In this document: positions 10,306 to 21,620 of the stretch, piece after piece
How the letters are laid out: every line of letters begins with the position of its first letter
Position numbering within the stretch: the stretch's first letter is position 1
Assembly (NCBI GenBank): GCA_965655095.1
Contig: OZ296648.1
Span: 30,380,001-30,444,000 of the forward strand
Source of the DNA: Haplodiscus bocki
Lineage: Eukaryota
Direction: 5' to 3'
Length of the DNA stretch: 64,000 nt
Made by a program: the position numbers and the translations under genes
Notes under the pieces: generated by a model
What the model was told of the DNA's origin: nothing
Databases searched by the model: none
What the model saw: only the letters and a program-made list of their open reading frames with translations

Positions 10306-13300
10306 TCAGTATCTGTAGTCGTCATTGCAATTTGGCCTTGGGTTGTGGCGTAGATCATATTTTGAGCTGCGGGGGTTGGTAGGCGTCGGGTCAATTTGCT
10401 CTACGCTATTGTCCGCATCAGGCTGCATGTGGTGATCCGTATCCGTTCCGTCGTCTATTTCAACTGCTTGGGGGAGAATATCTGAGGAGTCCACCTGTAT
10501 CGTTCCTGGAGTACTCCTCGTTTCATTAGCTGCTTCCCCCAATCGTACTCTGACTTCGGGTGAATTGGCTGATACCAGATTGTCGCGATCACTGTCGAAT
10601 ATTGGCTTGTCGTATTCACACTCCCATGCTCTGGCGTATAAATCATCATGCTTAATGATGACTTCCGGGTCTGGTTGCCATTCGCGTGGTGTGACTGGTG
10701 TGTCTGGTATTGGTTGGCGGGGTGTGAATTGACGTAGCCTCATTCTGTGCAGGATTTGCGTTTTATTGGTGCCAATTTTGCGTACCACATAATTTTTGTT
10801 GGGTAACACTTTCTCAAAAATGTATGGCTCGATCCACCGAAAATCTGTAAAGGGAATTTTACTTCCCTGGTGGTCTGCTTTCGGCTGTAGAATATAAACA
10901 TAATCGGATTGTTTAAGTTTTGAGGCGTTGGCTTTTTTAACAAAATACGCTTTGTATTTGATATAGGCTTGCATAGCATTTCTTCTGACATCTTGGAAAA
11001 TCATTTCCGTCTGCTCAAGCACGTCTTGCGCGATTTCTGAATCTGGCGATGGAATTTTCTGTGGACGAGTACCCATTTTTAAATCAAGTATATTGTAAGG
11101 GATGCGGCCGTGAAACACTCTGCTCGGTTCACAGCCAATACTAGAATGATTAGAGGTGTTGTAATTAAGGACCGCAATGCTGATGTATTTATGCCACAAT
11201 GAACTTCGCTCGCCTGTTTCAACCTTTAATGACTGCTTGATTGACGCGTAAGATCGCTCAAGTGGCCCAATTGTTTGAGCGTGCTTGGTGGTGGCGTTCT
11301 CTAGAGTAATACCAAGGACGCCGGCCACTTCTTTAATTACATGTGACGTAAACGCTGTACCTTTATCTGAGATAAATGTTGTTGGTAAGTAGGCCTGTTT
11401 AGTCATGATGTTAATTATCACTTTGCCGATTGTTGTGGCGTCTTGATTTGATGTCGGGTATGCATATAGATAGCGGTAAAAAACATCCATGGCTGTCACA
11501 ATATTCTCATAGTCGCCAGATGGTGGTAATCCCGGTACTAAATCAATTTGCATAGCGTCTTCGGGCGAAGTAATATGCTCATTTGGGTTCTGCAGGGGGG
11601 ACAGGTTGGTTGGGGATTAATCCGTAATTCTCGAATGCATTTCTCACAAGACATGACCCACTTCCTGATCAGTTGAGCCATTTTCGGGTAATAAAATTTC
11701 TCTCTGTAGGCAATTATCGTCTTGGTAATTCCAGGATGTTTCCCAAAGTCTCCGTGGAGGCTCCGGAGTACTTCGTTAACTAACTGGTTCGGTATGAGAA
11801 TTTAGTCGTGTTTGACGCTACCAGTGTCTCCGTAGTATTTCCGGAGTAGGAGTCCATCCTTGAGGATAATGCGACCCTCATTGGCTTTGTAATGTTTGAA
11901 TCGTCTGTCTGCTGTCAATAACACATCGTCATGTGGTTGGTCAACTATTTTGAGTTTCAAGTTCTTCAATACCAGATCGGCATCTTGCTCTACTCGTATT
12001 CTCGAATTTGCTTTTATTCCATGAAGGGAATACGCCGTAGTGTTTCCGTCGATCTTTGTGAATTCCTTTATATTTGGCTTCATTGAGGATGGTTCCTGGT
12101 TGACTACCCATTCTGCTGCTTTTTCCCGAGATTGTTCTCTCCTTTGTAGGATCTGTTCTTCGGTTTCATCGTAATCATCTGTGTGCGTGAAGAAAAACTG
12201 TTCTTCGTCTGCAACATCTGAAGAGGATGTTGTGACCTCAATGGGTGTTGTTTGTACATCTTCCCTGATTTTGAGGCGGATCCTTTCCGTGTTTTTCAAT
12301 TCTAATCGTGAAAGAAAATCAGCTGCTGCGTTTACTGAACCAGCGGTATGTGCTATTTTAAAGTTGAACTGCAGCACATAATCACATGCGTTCCACAAGG
12401 ATGGTGGAGTGGCCTTGGTCTGGAAGAATCGTGTGACAGATTTGTTGTCGGTCAAGACAATTGTTGGTTTCGTTGTTTCCCACATGATGTGTGCAAACTC
12501 GAAGAATGCCATGTAAAAAGCCAGGAACTCTTTTGAGTAAATCGACATCTTCAGTTGTGCAGGCGAAAAATTTTTTGACCCAAACGCAACAGGTGCGTAA
12601 GTCTTCCTTTTTGATTGGATATTTTGATCTGGGTTATCTTCAATCATGAGAGCATACCCTGCGCTTCTGAAGCTTGCATCCGTCATTAGGACAAGCTGCT
12701 TTCCAGGAATGGGTTGTTTTAATGCTAATTCGCAAGCATCACTCAGTGCTTCATTTACCGAATCAAAGGTTTCTTTTAGTTCTGATGTGATGTTGATTGG
12801 GACTTCCGTTCTCAAGAGTTTGTAGAATGGATTGAGTTTTTCGGTCATTCTGGGAATATAATTTCTGTAATAATTTACGAAGCCCAGATACCGCTGCAAA
12901 GCGTTTTTCGATTTGGAGAATCTCAGTTTATATAAAACATTTTGAATTTTGTGAGCTTGTGGTGATACTCCCTCGGATGAAAAGTTTCTTCCGAGGAATT
13001 CAACTCGCCTGACTCCAAAAAGGCGCTTTTCAATTGTCAGTTTCAATCCTGCATTGCTAATGCACTGGAAGACTGCCCGAATGTTCCGGGTAAGGTCCGT
13101 AGCATTGTTGGCTGCGATTCCAATATCGTCCACATTGAGCACATTGGTCTGCTTTAACAACTGGGTCCAAGTACTCGCGCATGAAGCTTGAAAAGGCAGA
13201 CACAGATCTGCTGAGACCTTGTGCAAGTCGTTTGTAGGCAAAAGTTCTGCTAGCAAAAATGAAAGCAAGCATCTCTACTGACCGTTGGTCCGCCATCTGC

Positions 13301-15192
13301 AAACAGTGATAAGCTTGGGAGCAGTCGAGCTTGCAGAATAGGGATTTCCCTGCCAGCTGTTGTGCTGCGTCTGACAAAGTGCTGACTGGGTGGTTATTAT
13401 TAGTGTAATCATCCGCTATCGGTGTGTTGATTTTCCTGAGATCCACAAGAAGACGTAATTTTCCGTTGGGTTTCCTCTGTGCAAATATGGGACTTGCGTA
13501 TTTTGAGAACGGTAACACGGTGATGATCCCGTTTTTGTGCATAAGGGCAACGAATAAATCTTCTTTCAGGTGAATCGGCATTGGTAGGCTTTGACTGTAA
13601 ACAGCTTTGATATCCTTGGGTGTGAGTCTCACCTTGAATTCCGTGTTCATCCCAATGTCCATTCTGCGTCTAGCAAATATGTCGTGATATTCAACTAGAA
13701 TGTCTTCAACTGCATGTATTTCTTTTTCATTGAGCAGTGTGTCTGTCCAATCAAATCGTTTTAAGAATTCGATTCTTGATTCATTATCATCTTTCGGATT
13801 CATTTTTTTTGTTGTAATTCACGCAGTTCTTTTAGAATTCGTGTTTGAATTGGGGTGTGCTCCTCTGTGTTGCCAGGATTTTCGGGTGTCGGAAACCAAA
13901 AGGTGTTGGTTTGCTGATTTGGTTTATTTCTTCTGAATAGCTCAGTGAGACATGTAATCAGATCTGGGTCACCTTCAGGGATCATACTCAGGACTGCCAT
14001 GTCTACCGGTTTGATAAACTTGGATTGCTCCGGAGTGACTACGGAGAATTCGCCAATTTGTGTGTTCTTGTTGTTTGTCTAAGGTGATTCCGTGGTGTTG
14101 GTGACTCTGACCGCTATCTTTCTGTCAATTATTGTTGACATTGAATGGGATATTAGGAGACTCGCGGTTTCTGTGATTTTTTCTTATGGCGTTACAGTCC
14201 CTGTTGTATTCTATTCTGATGTGTGGTCCACAAATGCTGTAATTGTTTTTGTCGTCATTTGCGGTATTGTTATATTGTCGTGGAGGAGAACGGCTTGAGG
14301 TTTCACACTTGTTTGACTCAATGCACTTTTGACTTGCATTGTCAAATATGGGAAGTGGATGAGACCATGAGTGGTATCGATGACCACACTGTTATGTCTC
14401 ATGAAGTGCAAACCAATAATTGGTCCTGTCATATTCTTCATCACGACAAAATGTTCTGCAAAAACGTGATCCCCAATGTCAAATTTGAGTGTGGCTGTTG
14501 CTGTTGGCTTCTCTAACTTGAAAGCCGTTTGTTACTTGAAATTGAAAGTTAGGAGGATCATCGATTTTGAGGATATTAGACGGAGATTGTTGTTGGATTA
14601 TATCAAGCTCTTTTTGAGCTATTGCACTCACATAGGCTCTTGAGTCAACAAGGGCATCTATTGTTAAGCCATTCTCGAAATCCAGAGGGACATACGACAT
14701 TTCTTTCTTTCGTTTGAGAACAATTGTGGAGGATAGTGGCATGTACAGTTCATTGGTACAATCATCCCTCACTAGTCCTTCTTCAATTTGCGAAATTGTT
14801 ATTGGAGGCGGGGATATATTACTATCTCCGCTGTCACAGGTTGTCATATCAGTCTCGTATCTCTGAATTTCTGAGCTGGACTTCTTGGAGTCATTGAGGC
14901 TCGGTACTAGCGGGTTGCTGGTTTGGTTTCCTAGGAGTGGTTCCGTACTGGATACGGATACTTGGGATGAGGTTTCTTTAATGGGCGACGTTTGTGATTC
15001 TACATCACTGCTCTGTTTAGATTCGGGCATGTGGGTATTTTTGTGAGTTTCATTATTGCAAGTTTTATAAATATTAGGTACATGTGTCTCCAGGGGTTGC
15101 TGCCAGACAACCGCTGGAATTGGTGAAAGTTTTAACTGAGTTGTCTCCGGTCTGTCAATCGCAACTCCGGAGTGAAGACGTGGCGTTGTTAG
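10306..15192 (-). pseudogene. pol: Gypsy pol (protease, RT, RNase H, integrase), multiple frameshifts
   Basis: PR ALVDSRA; RT LRLLVDLRKIN, KLDCSQAYH, QGL, VDD; RNase H TDAS...EFLA...TDNK...ADFLSR; IN IDLV...SDKG...ER (10306-11553). Confidence 0.95.
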
Positions 15193-15200
15193 TTCAAATT
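15145..15200 (-). promoter_or_regulatory. Probable -1 ribosomal frameshift signal at the gag/pol junction
   Basis: Gag ends AAT TTG AAC TAA (one change from slippery T TTA AAC). The -1 frame is open into the pol ORF at 15030, and a CTCCGG...CCGGAG stem follows. Confidence 0.6.
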
Positions 15201-16842
15201 TTGGGCTGCAGCCTGGGGAGCTTCATTAGAGTCACTTTGGTTGGCTCTTTCTGGGACCTGATTCTGTCTTTCCGGTCTTCTGTGCCGTGGAGGCAGTCGA
15301 TTGGCTGCATTGGCTCCAAAATAACATTTCTCTGTGGAGTGGTTTGTTTTTCCACATGTCTCACAGGGTGGGTAAACAGTTTTTGGCTTTCTTTCAGCTT
15401 TATTACTGTTTTTGTTGTTATTGTTGTTTTTGACATTACCGTTCGGGTTAGAGGTATTGGCGGCACTGTTTTTGTTTCCGGGATTACGTTGATCATTTTC
15501 AGTTTGTTCTAGCTGTTTTTTCAACAAGCGACACTGATTTCTGTGATGTCCGGGCTTTTTACAGTGGTGGCACTTTAGTTTGGGTCTGTCGGCGCTCGTG
15601 TTTGTGAGTTGTTGGCTCACATTGTTTATCGGTAGCTCGTCAGGGGTTTCCAAACCATTCAGCTGTAATTCCCGTTCCAGGTGTGCTAAGATTTTTTCAT
15701 AGGTGCCATTCTCCAGATGGGCCTGATTTATTGATTTTTCCAGGTGTGGTGGCATTTTGGGGTATATGAACTGTTCAATGATGGCATGGGCAGCTTTCCG
15801 AATGCGTTTTTGGCCAGTTTTTGGAGTTCGCCGAGAAAATCGACTAGCTTTTGGTTGGCCGGGTTAAAGACGAGTTTTTGGAATTTATGTTTTGCTGTTG
15901 CCATTGATTGGGGTTTTACGTACTTCCTTCGGAAGACTGCTAGAATCTTTCCCAGATTCTCTCGGGTTGGGCCACTAATGTTTTTAAAGGTTTGTAGGGC
16001 ATCTGCCCTCATGAGAGAATGGAGATAGTTGATTCGGTCATCCTCGGTCAACTGGTTATGGATTTTGAGACTCGTCTGAAAAAGGTCTTCAAAAAGCTCA
16101 AATTTCTCAGTTTTCCCGTCAAACGTGGGCATTGTTGAGGTTAGTGACTTTGGCAGTTTGGAAATTCTGTTGATATTTTTGTGAAAATTCGCAGAATTGT
16201 TGTTATTTGCCAACTGCTGAAGGGCCAAAAAAATTTAGTCTGCCTCAATCGTCGCACGGGTGTTTTCGCAGCGAAATTGCGGTTGACTGGTGAAGCGGTT
16301 CTTTTTCTGCTTTCCTGAAGATGTGCTAGGGGAGCATTAAGTGACTTCTTCGTGGATTCCTGTCATGTCGTGGCAATTACCAATTTGTTCTGTAGCTCCT
16401 GTTACCATGTCGTGGCGATTCCGATTGCTTCCTGTAGCTCTTGTCACCATGTCGTGATCTTCTTCCAGGCTAACGTTTCGTGTTGTTTGGCCATGGAAGA
16501 GACCCGCTTCAGGATGAGGATCATTCTGGGAACCGTCCTCATTCGTTCCCTGGTTATTATGTGATGTGTTCCGGGTGGGCTCCGGAGTGGTTCCGGAGTG
16601 TCCCGGTAATAGTGGGTTCATCAGAAAGTCATCGAGTAGCGCGAGAGCACCAAGAATGCGGTTCTCTGTTCGACTGAACTCCTTTGACAGCCTTTTCGTA
16701 ACTCTTCCCTCAATCTCCTCGGAGACTTGAGTTATGTAGTCCTCCTAGGAGCGCCTGAGTTTTGTGCCATGTTGCTCCTAGGATTTTCTTCACAATTTTC
16801 TTTATTCAACGCTGCCGACTTTCTCTTGTTTCGAGTGGTCAT
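15189..16842 (-). pseudogene. gag: Gypsy gag, disrupted
   Basis: MPTFDGKTEKFELFEDLF capsid-like region; knuckles CHHCKKPGHHRNQC and CETCGKTNHSTEKC; 7-nt deletion near 16746 and a stop at 16337. Confidence 0.9.
16354..16456 (-). promoter_or_regulatory. Primer binding site, triplicated together with the LTR-end motif
   Basis: CACGACA|TGGTGACAAGAG, CACGACA|TGGTAACAGGAG and CACGACA|TGACAGGAA; junctions at 16450, 16408 and 16366. Confidence 0.75.
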
Positions 16843-18535
16843 TTTTTTGACGAAGGAAAAATAATTGCCAATCATTAATACTTTATTAGTTGAGTTGAGG
16901 CAAGAAAACAATCTGATTTTTACAGTGACTAAATAATACAATTAAGGAAGTTTTACAGTACTGGATTATTGTCATCAGTAAGTTACTAGCAGGGAAAATT
17001 AAAATCAACTGTGTCTGTTATTTTCATTTCTCCTACTTATACCTTTTCCTGGCGGGAAACATAATTGTTTACCCGCCGAGTCAAAGTACAAATAGGGAAA
17101 AATACTTTCAATATCATCACTTCAAAGTTAAAAACGACGACTCTGGCGGGAAATAAACAGCTTTTCCATCCATCTCTTCCATCATAGGACGCGCCTTTTC
17201 CATCTTTCGACAGAAAATGGACGGTCCCAATCCGTCGATGATGGACATCAAAGCGTTTATTCCCGCGCCGACATGTTGTTTATTGTATACTCCAAAGATG
17301 GAAAGTTCAGGGAATTTCCTTGTTTAGGAGAGTAAAAAACAAAATTACAAAAATAAAAATTAGGAAACTAAAATAAAATACAAAATACATGACTTCATTA
17401 TAGGAATACATTTAATCATCACCTTCACATTCGTATCACCATCATCTAATTAATTAAGCTTTCAGTATTTTGGAAATGAGGAGAAACTAGTATCATTACT
17501 AATTTACTCCTTGTTCCGCCTAGTAGCTACTAGTGGTATCCAGAGCAGCTCCGTAGCCACTAGTAGTACAAATTAAAATTCAGTCTGCTACTAGTGGTAT
17601 CCGGAACAGCTCCGTAGCCACTAGTAGCACTCGTTTCAATTCAGTCAGCTGTGCTCGAACTAGGAGTGAGTACGGAGTGACTCCGTATTCACCATAGCAC
17701 TGCAGCACGCCATAGTTAAAATAATATTAGTGACGTCACCAAACTAGTGAGGACGGAACACGTACGGAACAAATATTCACTCCGAGAGTCAATTTAATAC
17801 AAATAAGCCGCTCTAGTGCTAGCACTTTCGAAAGTCAATCACTCCTGTAAACTGCAGTTATTATTATTAATTACTGCAATTGTACCAAAAAGGTGGATCT
17901 ATTTTTAATTTTTAAAAAACTGAATAGGTTAATATAAAAGTAGCACCTTTAAGGATCAATTGCTCTGTGAATACTAGTTTGCTCCGTAACGGTTCCGTCC
18001 TAGTTTGGATCAGTTACTGTTTCTGTGCATTTATTATGGATACGTACTACATACGTATCCGTGTATATGCACAAGGGTTTAAAATAGTCTAAAAATACTT
18101 AGTTATGAGTCTAATTAGTAGTGTTTGGAGTTTTAAGTCTTTCGTTGGGCGTTAAGATGTCTTTGTCTGTGGAAGGGGCTGGCCACAAGCCTCGCAGGTG
18201 TGCTGCGACACTCCCCGTTTTTTGAGAAAAGACATCCCTATACTCAATTTCCTCTTTTGTCGCGGAAGGGCGGCGGTGTGGTAGGCGGGCTTCCAGTGGG
18301 ATAGACTCGCCTGGGTTCATTTGATTCAAAAGTTTCGTCTGCAGACAAGTCCCAGTATACTCGTCTAGGGTCGTTATCAGACGAGTAGAAAGTGTTATCA
18401 TCCGTAGTCGTGTGTGTTGTGTCCCCGTCGTCTATCGTGCTTACGTTCATCGGGGTCGTTGAAATCGGAAACAAATCAGACGGCTCCTGTGATTGGCGGC
18501 TTTGTTCTCGATCGTGTTGGATGACGGCCATCGTT
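16450..18535 (-). repeat. 5' LTR, truncated at 18535
   Basis: Copy of 2710-4811. The break at 18535 has no TG start and abuts an unrelated repeat. Confidence 0.85.
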
Positions 18536-18900
18536 TGAAACGTTCAAAATTTTCTGATTTTTTGCCACAAAAAACTTAATTAGTGCGGAAGAGACACTTT
18601 CATGAAATAATACCAATTTACACGCATTCTGCAGCCGATTTTGAAAAAATCAAGTTTTTTTTTCAAAAAACCCATTTATTTTTTCGAAAAAGACCCAATC
18701 TTTGAACGTTTTGAGAAATTTGACTGTTTCAGTCGCATTCTACGGCAGAGTTGCTACAATTTGGTGAAAAAAATTCACGTTCAGAAATGTGAACGAACGA
18801 AAAAACTGCCCATGTGGCGTGAACGCAATTTGCAAACCTCGGGTAAAAAAACGTCAGATATAACCCATAACCCATTTGAGCGAAAGCCTTTGTTTTCCAT
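18536..18900. repeat. Unclassified A/T-tract interspersed repeat fragment truncating the 5' LTR
   Basis: Abrupt change of sequence at the LTR break; no coding signal. Confidence 0.35.
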
Positions 18901-18927
18901 ATGTTACAATTTGGCGCAAAATATTAA

Positions 18928-19800
18928 CTGTCGCAGCATGTCTGCAAGCCATGCGGGCAAGTTCTTTCCACAGATAAGGACATCCTAGATCCTTCTATAA
19001 AGTAAACTGACGCTCAATAAACATTAAATTTTATCTTTTGCTTGCATGTACATTCATGTATCAGTGTTTCAACTTTCCAATTGGTATCATGCAACTAATA
19101 TGTACCGTTTGCTCACCATATCTGTAGTATTTTATGTAACTGATACGTAGCAGTTACGTAATACATCCTTGAAATTTTATGTAAGCGATACGTACTATTT
19201 ACGTATCATTTTTTCGGTGTACTGATCTAGATTGGGACGGAACCGTTACGGAACAAAACCGAATTTTCACCTGATTTTACGTGCCATTTATCTTTTTGAG
19301 TGGTGCTTTATTTGAGTGTTTGAGTAAATTATTTGAGTATTTATCAAAACGAAACCACCTTTTCAGAAAAATAGTGCAGTAATTGTAAGTGAAAATGACA
19401 ACGTCAAGAAATTTGATTTAAAAGCAACTGCAATTATAGAGCGTGATTTCAAAAGTAAGTATTTAATCAGTACGTATTCCGTCGCTACCAATCTTGTGAC
19501 GTCACTTGAATTTCTTCCCGATTTGTCGTATTATGGTGTGCCATTTCTAGAAAACTACGGAAGAGTTCCTCATTCACTCAGTTTAATTCAGATAGCAGCG
19601 CTGTTACAAACAGTGCTACAATAAAAAACGGAACCTTTCCGGAACGGCCTGGTAGAAATGAGGAATAATACAGTATAAATGTCTCTAAACGATGCGAGGT
19701 AAGATCACATGTACATTTTAGCATGAAATTTTGAATTCCTTGTAATATTTCATTTAATCTAATGAATTTATTAGTTCTTCCTATTATGGGGAAACATTTA
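18928..19800 (+). mobile_element. Diverged LTR fragment of a related Gypsy family, opposite orientation
   Basis: Encodes SQHVCKPCGQVLSTDKDIL (end of the extra ORF). GGACGGAACCGTTACGGA near 19235 is the reverse complement of LTR sequence near 4257-4274. GTGACGTCAC is retained. Confidence 0.75.
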
Positions 19801-20352
19801 ATCTTGTTTACACTAGTTTCAAGTAGATGACGTCAAATTTTTCATGTAAGCGTATGGACGTTCTAAGAACATGTTTGACAGACAAAAAGCCATCCTGGCC
19901 AAAAACTCAGAAAGAACACTTTGAAACAGCAAAAATAACGAGAGGACTGAGAACGAAAGATACAACTGAGAGCCGAGATCAAATAAAGCTCAAACTTTAT
20001 AATATTTTAATCTGATGAGCAGGTTGAAGTGAGCTAGGGATGCTTTTTACTCGTTGTTTGTGATTCCCAGAATGCAGAAACTCTAAATTTTAGTACTGCC
20101 AAGTGACAAGCGCAAAATTTTACGAGATGTGTTTGGGTTTATACTGACGATTTAGCGGTAATGATTTAGCTGAAAGCACTAGTTTTTAAAGTAACTGGCA
20201 GCTAAAATTGGCAGTGATAGAGTTAACCTAAACTTGATTGACTTTGTTCCTCTGCCGTAAAGCATGGTTTGAGTTTTCTCCGAGATCAGTGGGTAGCCAT
20301 AGACTCAAGGGGGCAGGACAAAACAGCCGACTTTGAATGAGACAAAAACGTC

Positions 20353-21240
20353 TGTCGGGTGCGTGCTCCGGGATGGTTAGTGGCGCCACCGCTGGGAATG
20401 TAGAGGTTGCCGGTGCTCCGCTTAAGGGCGATTCATACTAGTATCTGGTTTTACGGGTACCCGCCGTAGTAGTTTCCCTCGCCGAGTTGTTCTGGATCAA
20501 GCCATTCATCATTTCAGTAAAGACAGAGATTTAGGCGTTTAAAGGTTCAAGACTAGTTTTAGTGAAAAACCAACGCTATTCTCTCCGTTATCCTCATTTG
20601 TGTCTCCCTCTACTTTTCCTATTACTTCTTCTTCATGTGCTGACGTTCTGAGTTGCGCATTTGAATCGTTCGAAGTTCCACTTCGTAATGTTTTAAACTT
20701 GTAGGAAAGCTCATGCAGTCGGCATGAATTAAATTGTGATTTGAAGGTATATAATTTGAGAAATTAGTAGGGTTTACTGAGGTTTACAAAAGCAAAATTG
20801 ATTAAAGATGCAAAACGATGTTTTGGATGGCTGCGTATCAACAAGCCAAGAATTTCTAGTAAAGGTCTGTTGCGTGCAAAAATGTCAAAAGGCCACTTTC
20901 TTTGTTGTAAGCACTGGTCATATCCGGGTTTGTTAAGTCACTACTAGTTATGCGGATTAATATTAACTTCACTGATTAGCATGAGATATTACTCATTAGT
21001 ATGCGGAAATTCTGGTTAGTGAGGTTACTGCAAATTTTGTCTTCGCAGTCGGATTTAGGTGGTCACCTGATCGTTGGTGAGACGCAATTCTTACCATCGG
21101 TGAGCTCTATTTGGCTCGTTGGCCTAGGTGCTTATTAGCTAATTAATAATTGAAACGCAAATCCGCCGCTAGAGCGACCAATGGATGAATTTTTAGCAAA
21201 GTTTTGCACTATATCTGCATGAATTAACTATGGCGTAAAA
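20353..21240 (-). mobile_element. Probable LTR fragment of a second family carrying a decayed gag-like N-terminus (right end approximate)
   Basis: Minus-strand remnant LRSGTSND...LEPLNA*ISVFTEMMNGLIQ...VAPLTIPEHAPD terminates at ...CCCGACA (TG at 20353), like the ...CACGACA LTR end. Confidence 0.45.
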
Positions 21241-21329
21241 ACGTCTTGAATCATCGAAACAAAGACAGAGTATAATACATATAAATGGTATAAGGGTGTA
21301 AAAACTCGCTGGGTGGTTTCGGGGCTTTT

Positions 21330-21620
21330 TCCGACTTACATCAGAAAAAATCCGTGCTTTGGGTCTGCAATATTGCTAATTTAAATCAGACATCGGAAAA
21401 AGTCTGTTCTCTTGATGTATTGGCTAGTTCGATGTCAGTCTATTCCTTATGCGTTTCCTGTCCATTTAGGACTTCAGATAATGTCTTAGGGCTGATACAT
21501 CATGTTATTTACTATACAGACATCCGAAAAAGTCTCATTACATGCATTCAAGTATTATTTACATTCTTTTTTTATGTATGGTTTAGTATCAAACTCTCAG
21601 ACATCAGAAATGTCTGAAAT
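21330..21620. repeat. Dispersed CAGACATC(G/C/A)GAAA motif repeats, probably a non-autonomous DNA element
   Basis: Motif near 21338, 21388, 21517 and 21598. Confidence 0.4.

Larger units (their letters stand above)
2710..18535 (-). mobile_element. Ty3/Gypsy LTR retrotransposon, decayed, 5' LTR truncated
   Basis: gag (CCHC knuckles) followed by pol in PR-RT-RH-IN order. Direct repeat 2710-4811 vs 16450-18535 ends in ...CACGACA on the minus strand and is followed by a TGG PBS only at the internal copy. Confidence 0.93.

Noticed and set aside
4812-10630. Candidate PPT / LTR starts (5351-5361, 5611-5620, 10241-10247, 10621-10632)
   Set aside because: None is convincing. The 5' LTR is truncated, so the U3 boundary and the Gypsy TSD cannot be verified.
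16354-16456. CRISPR-like repeat-spacer array
   Set aside because: Only three units, the spacers resemble each other, the context is eukaryotic gag and there are no cas genes.
6649-16677. Short ORFs antisense to or overlapping gag, pol and the hAT-like exons
   Set aside because: Shadow ORFs of genuine coding sequence.
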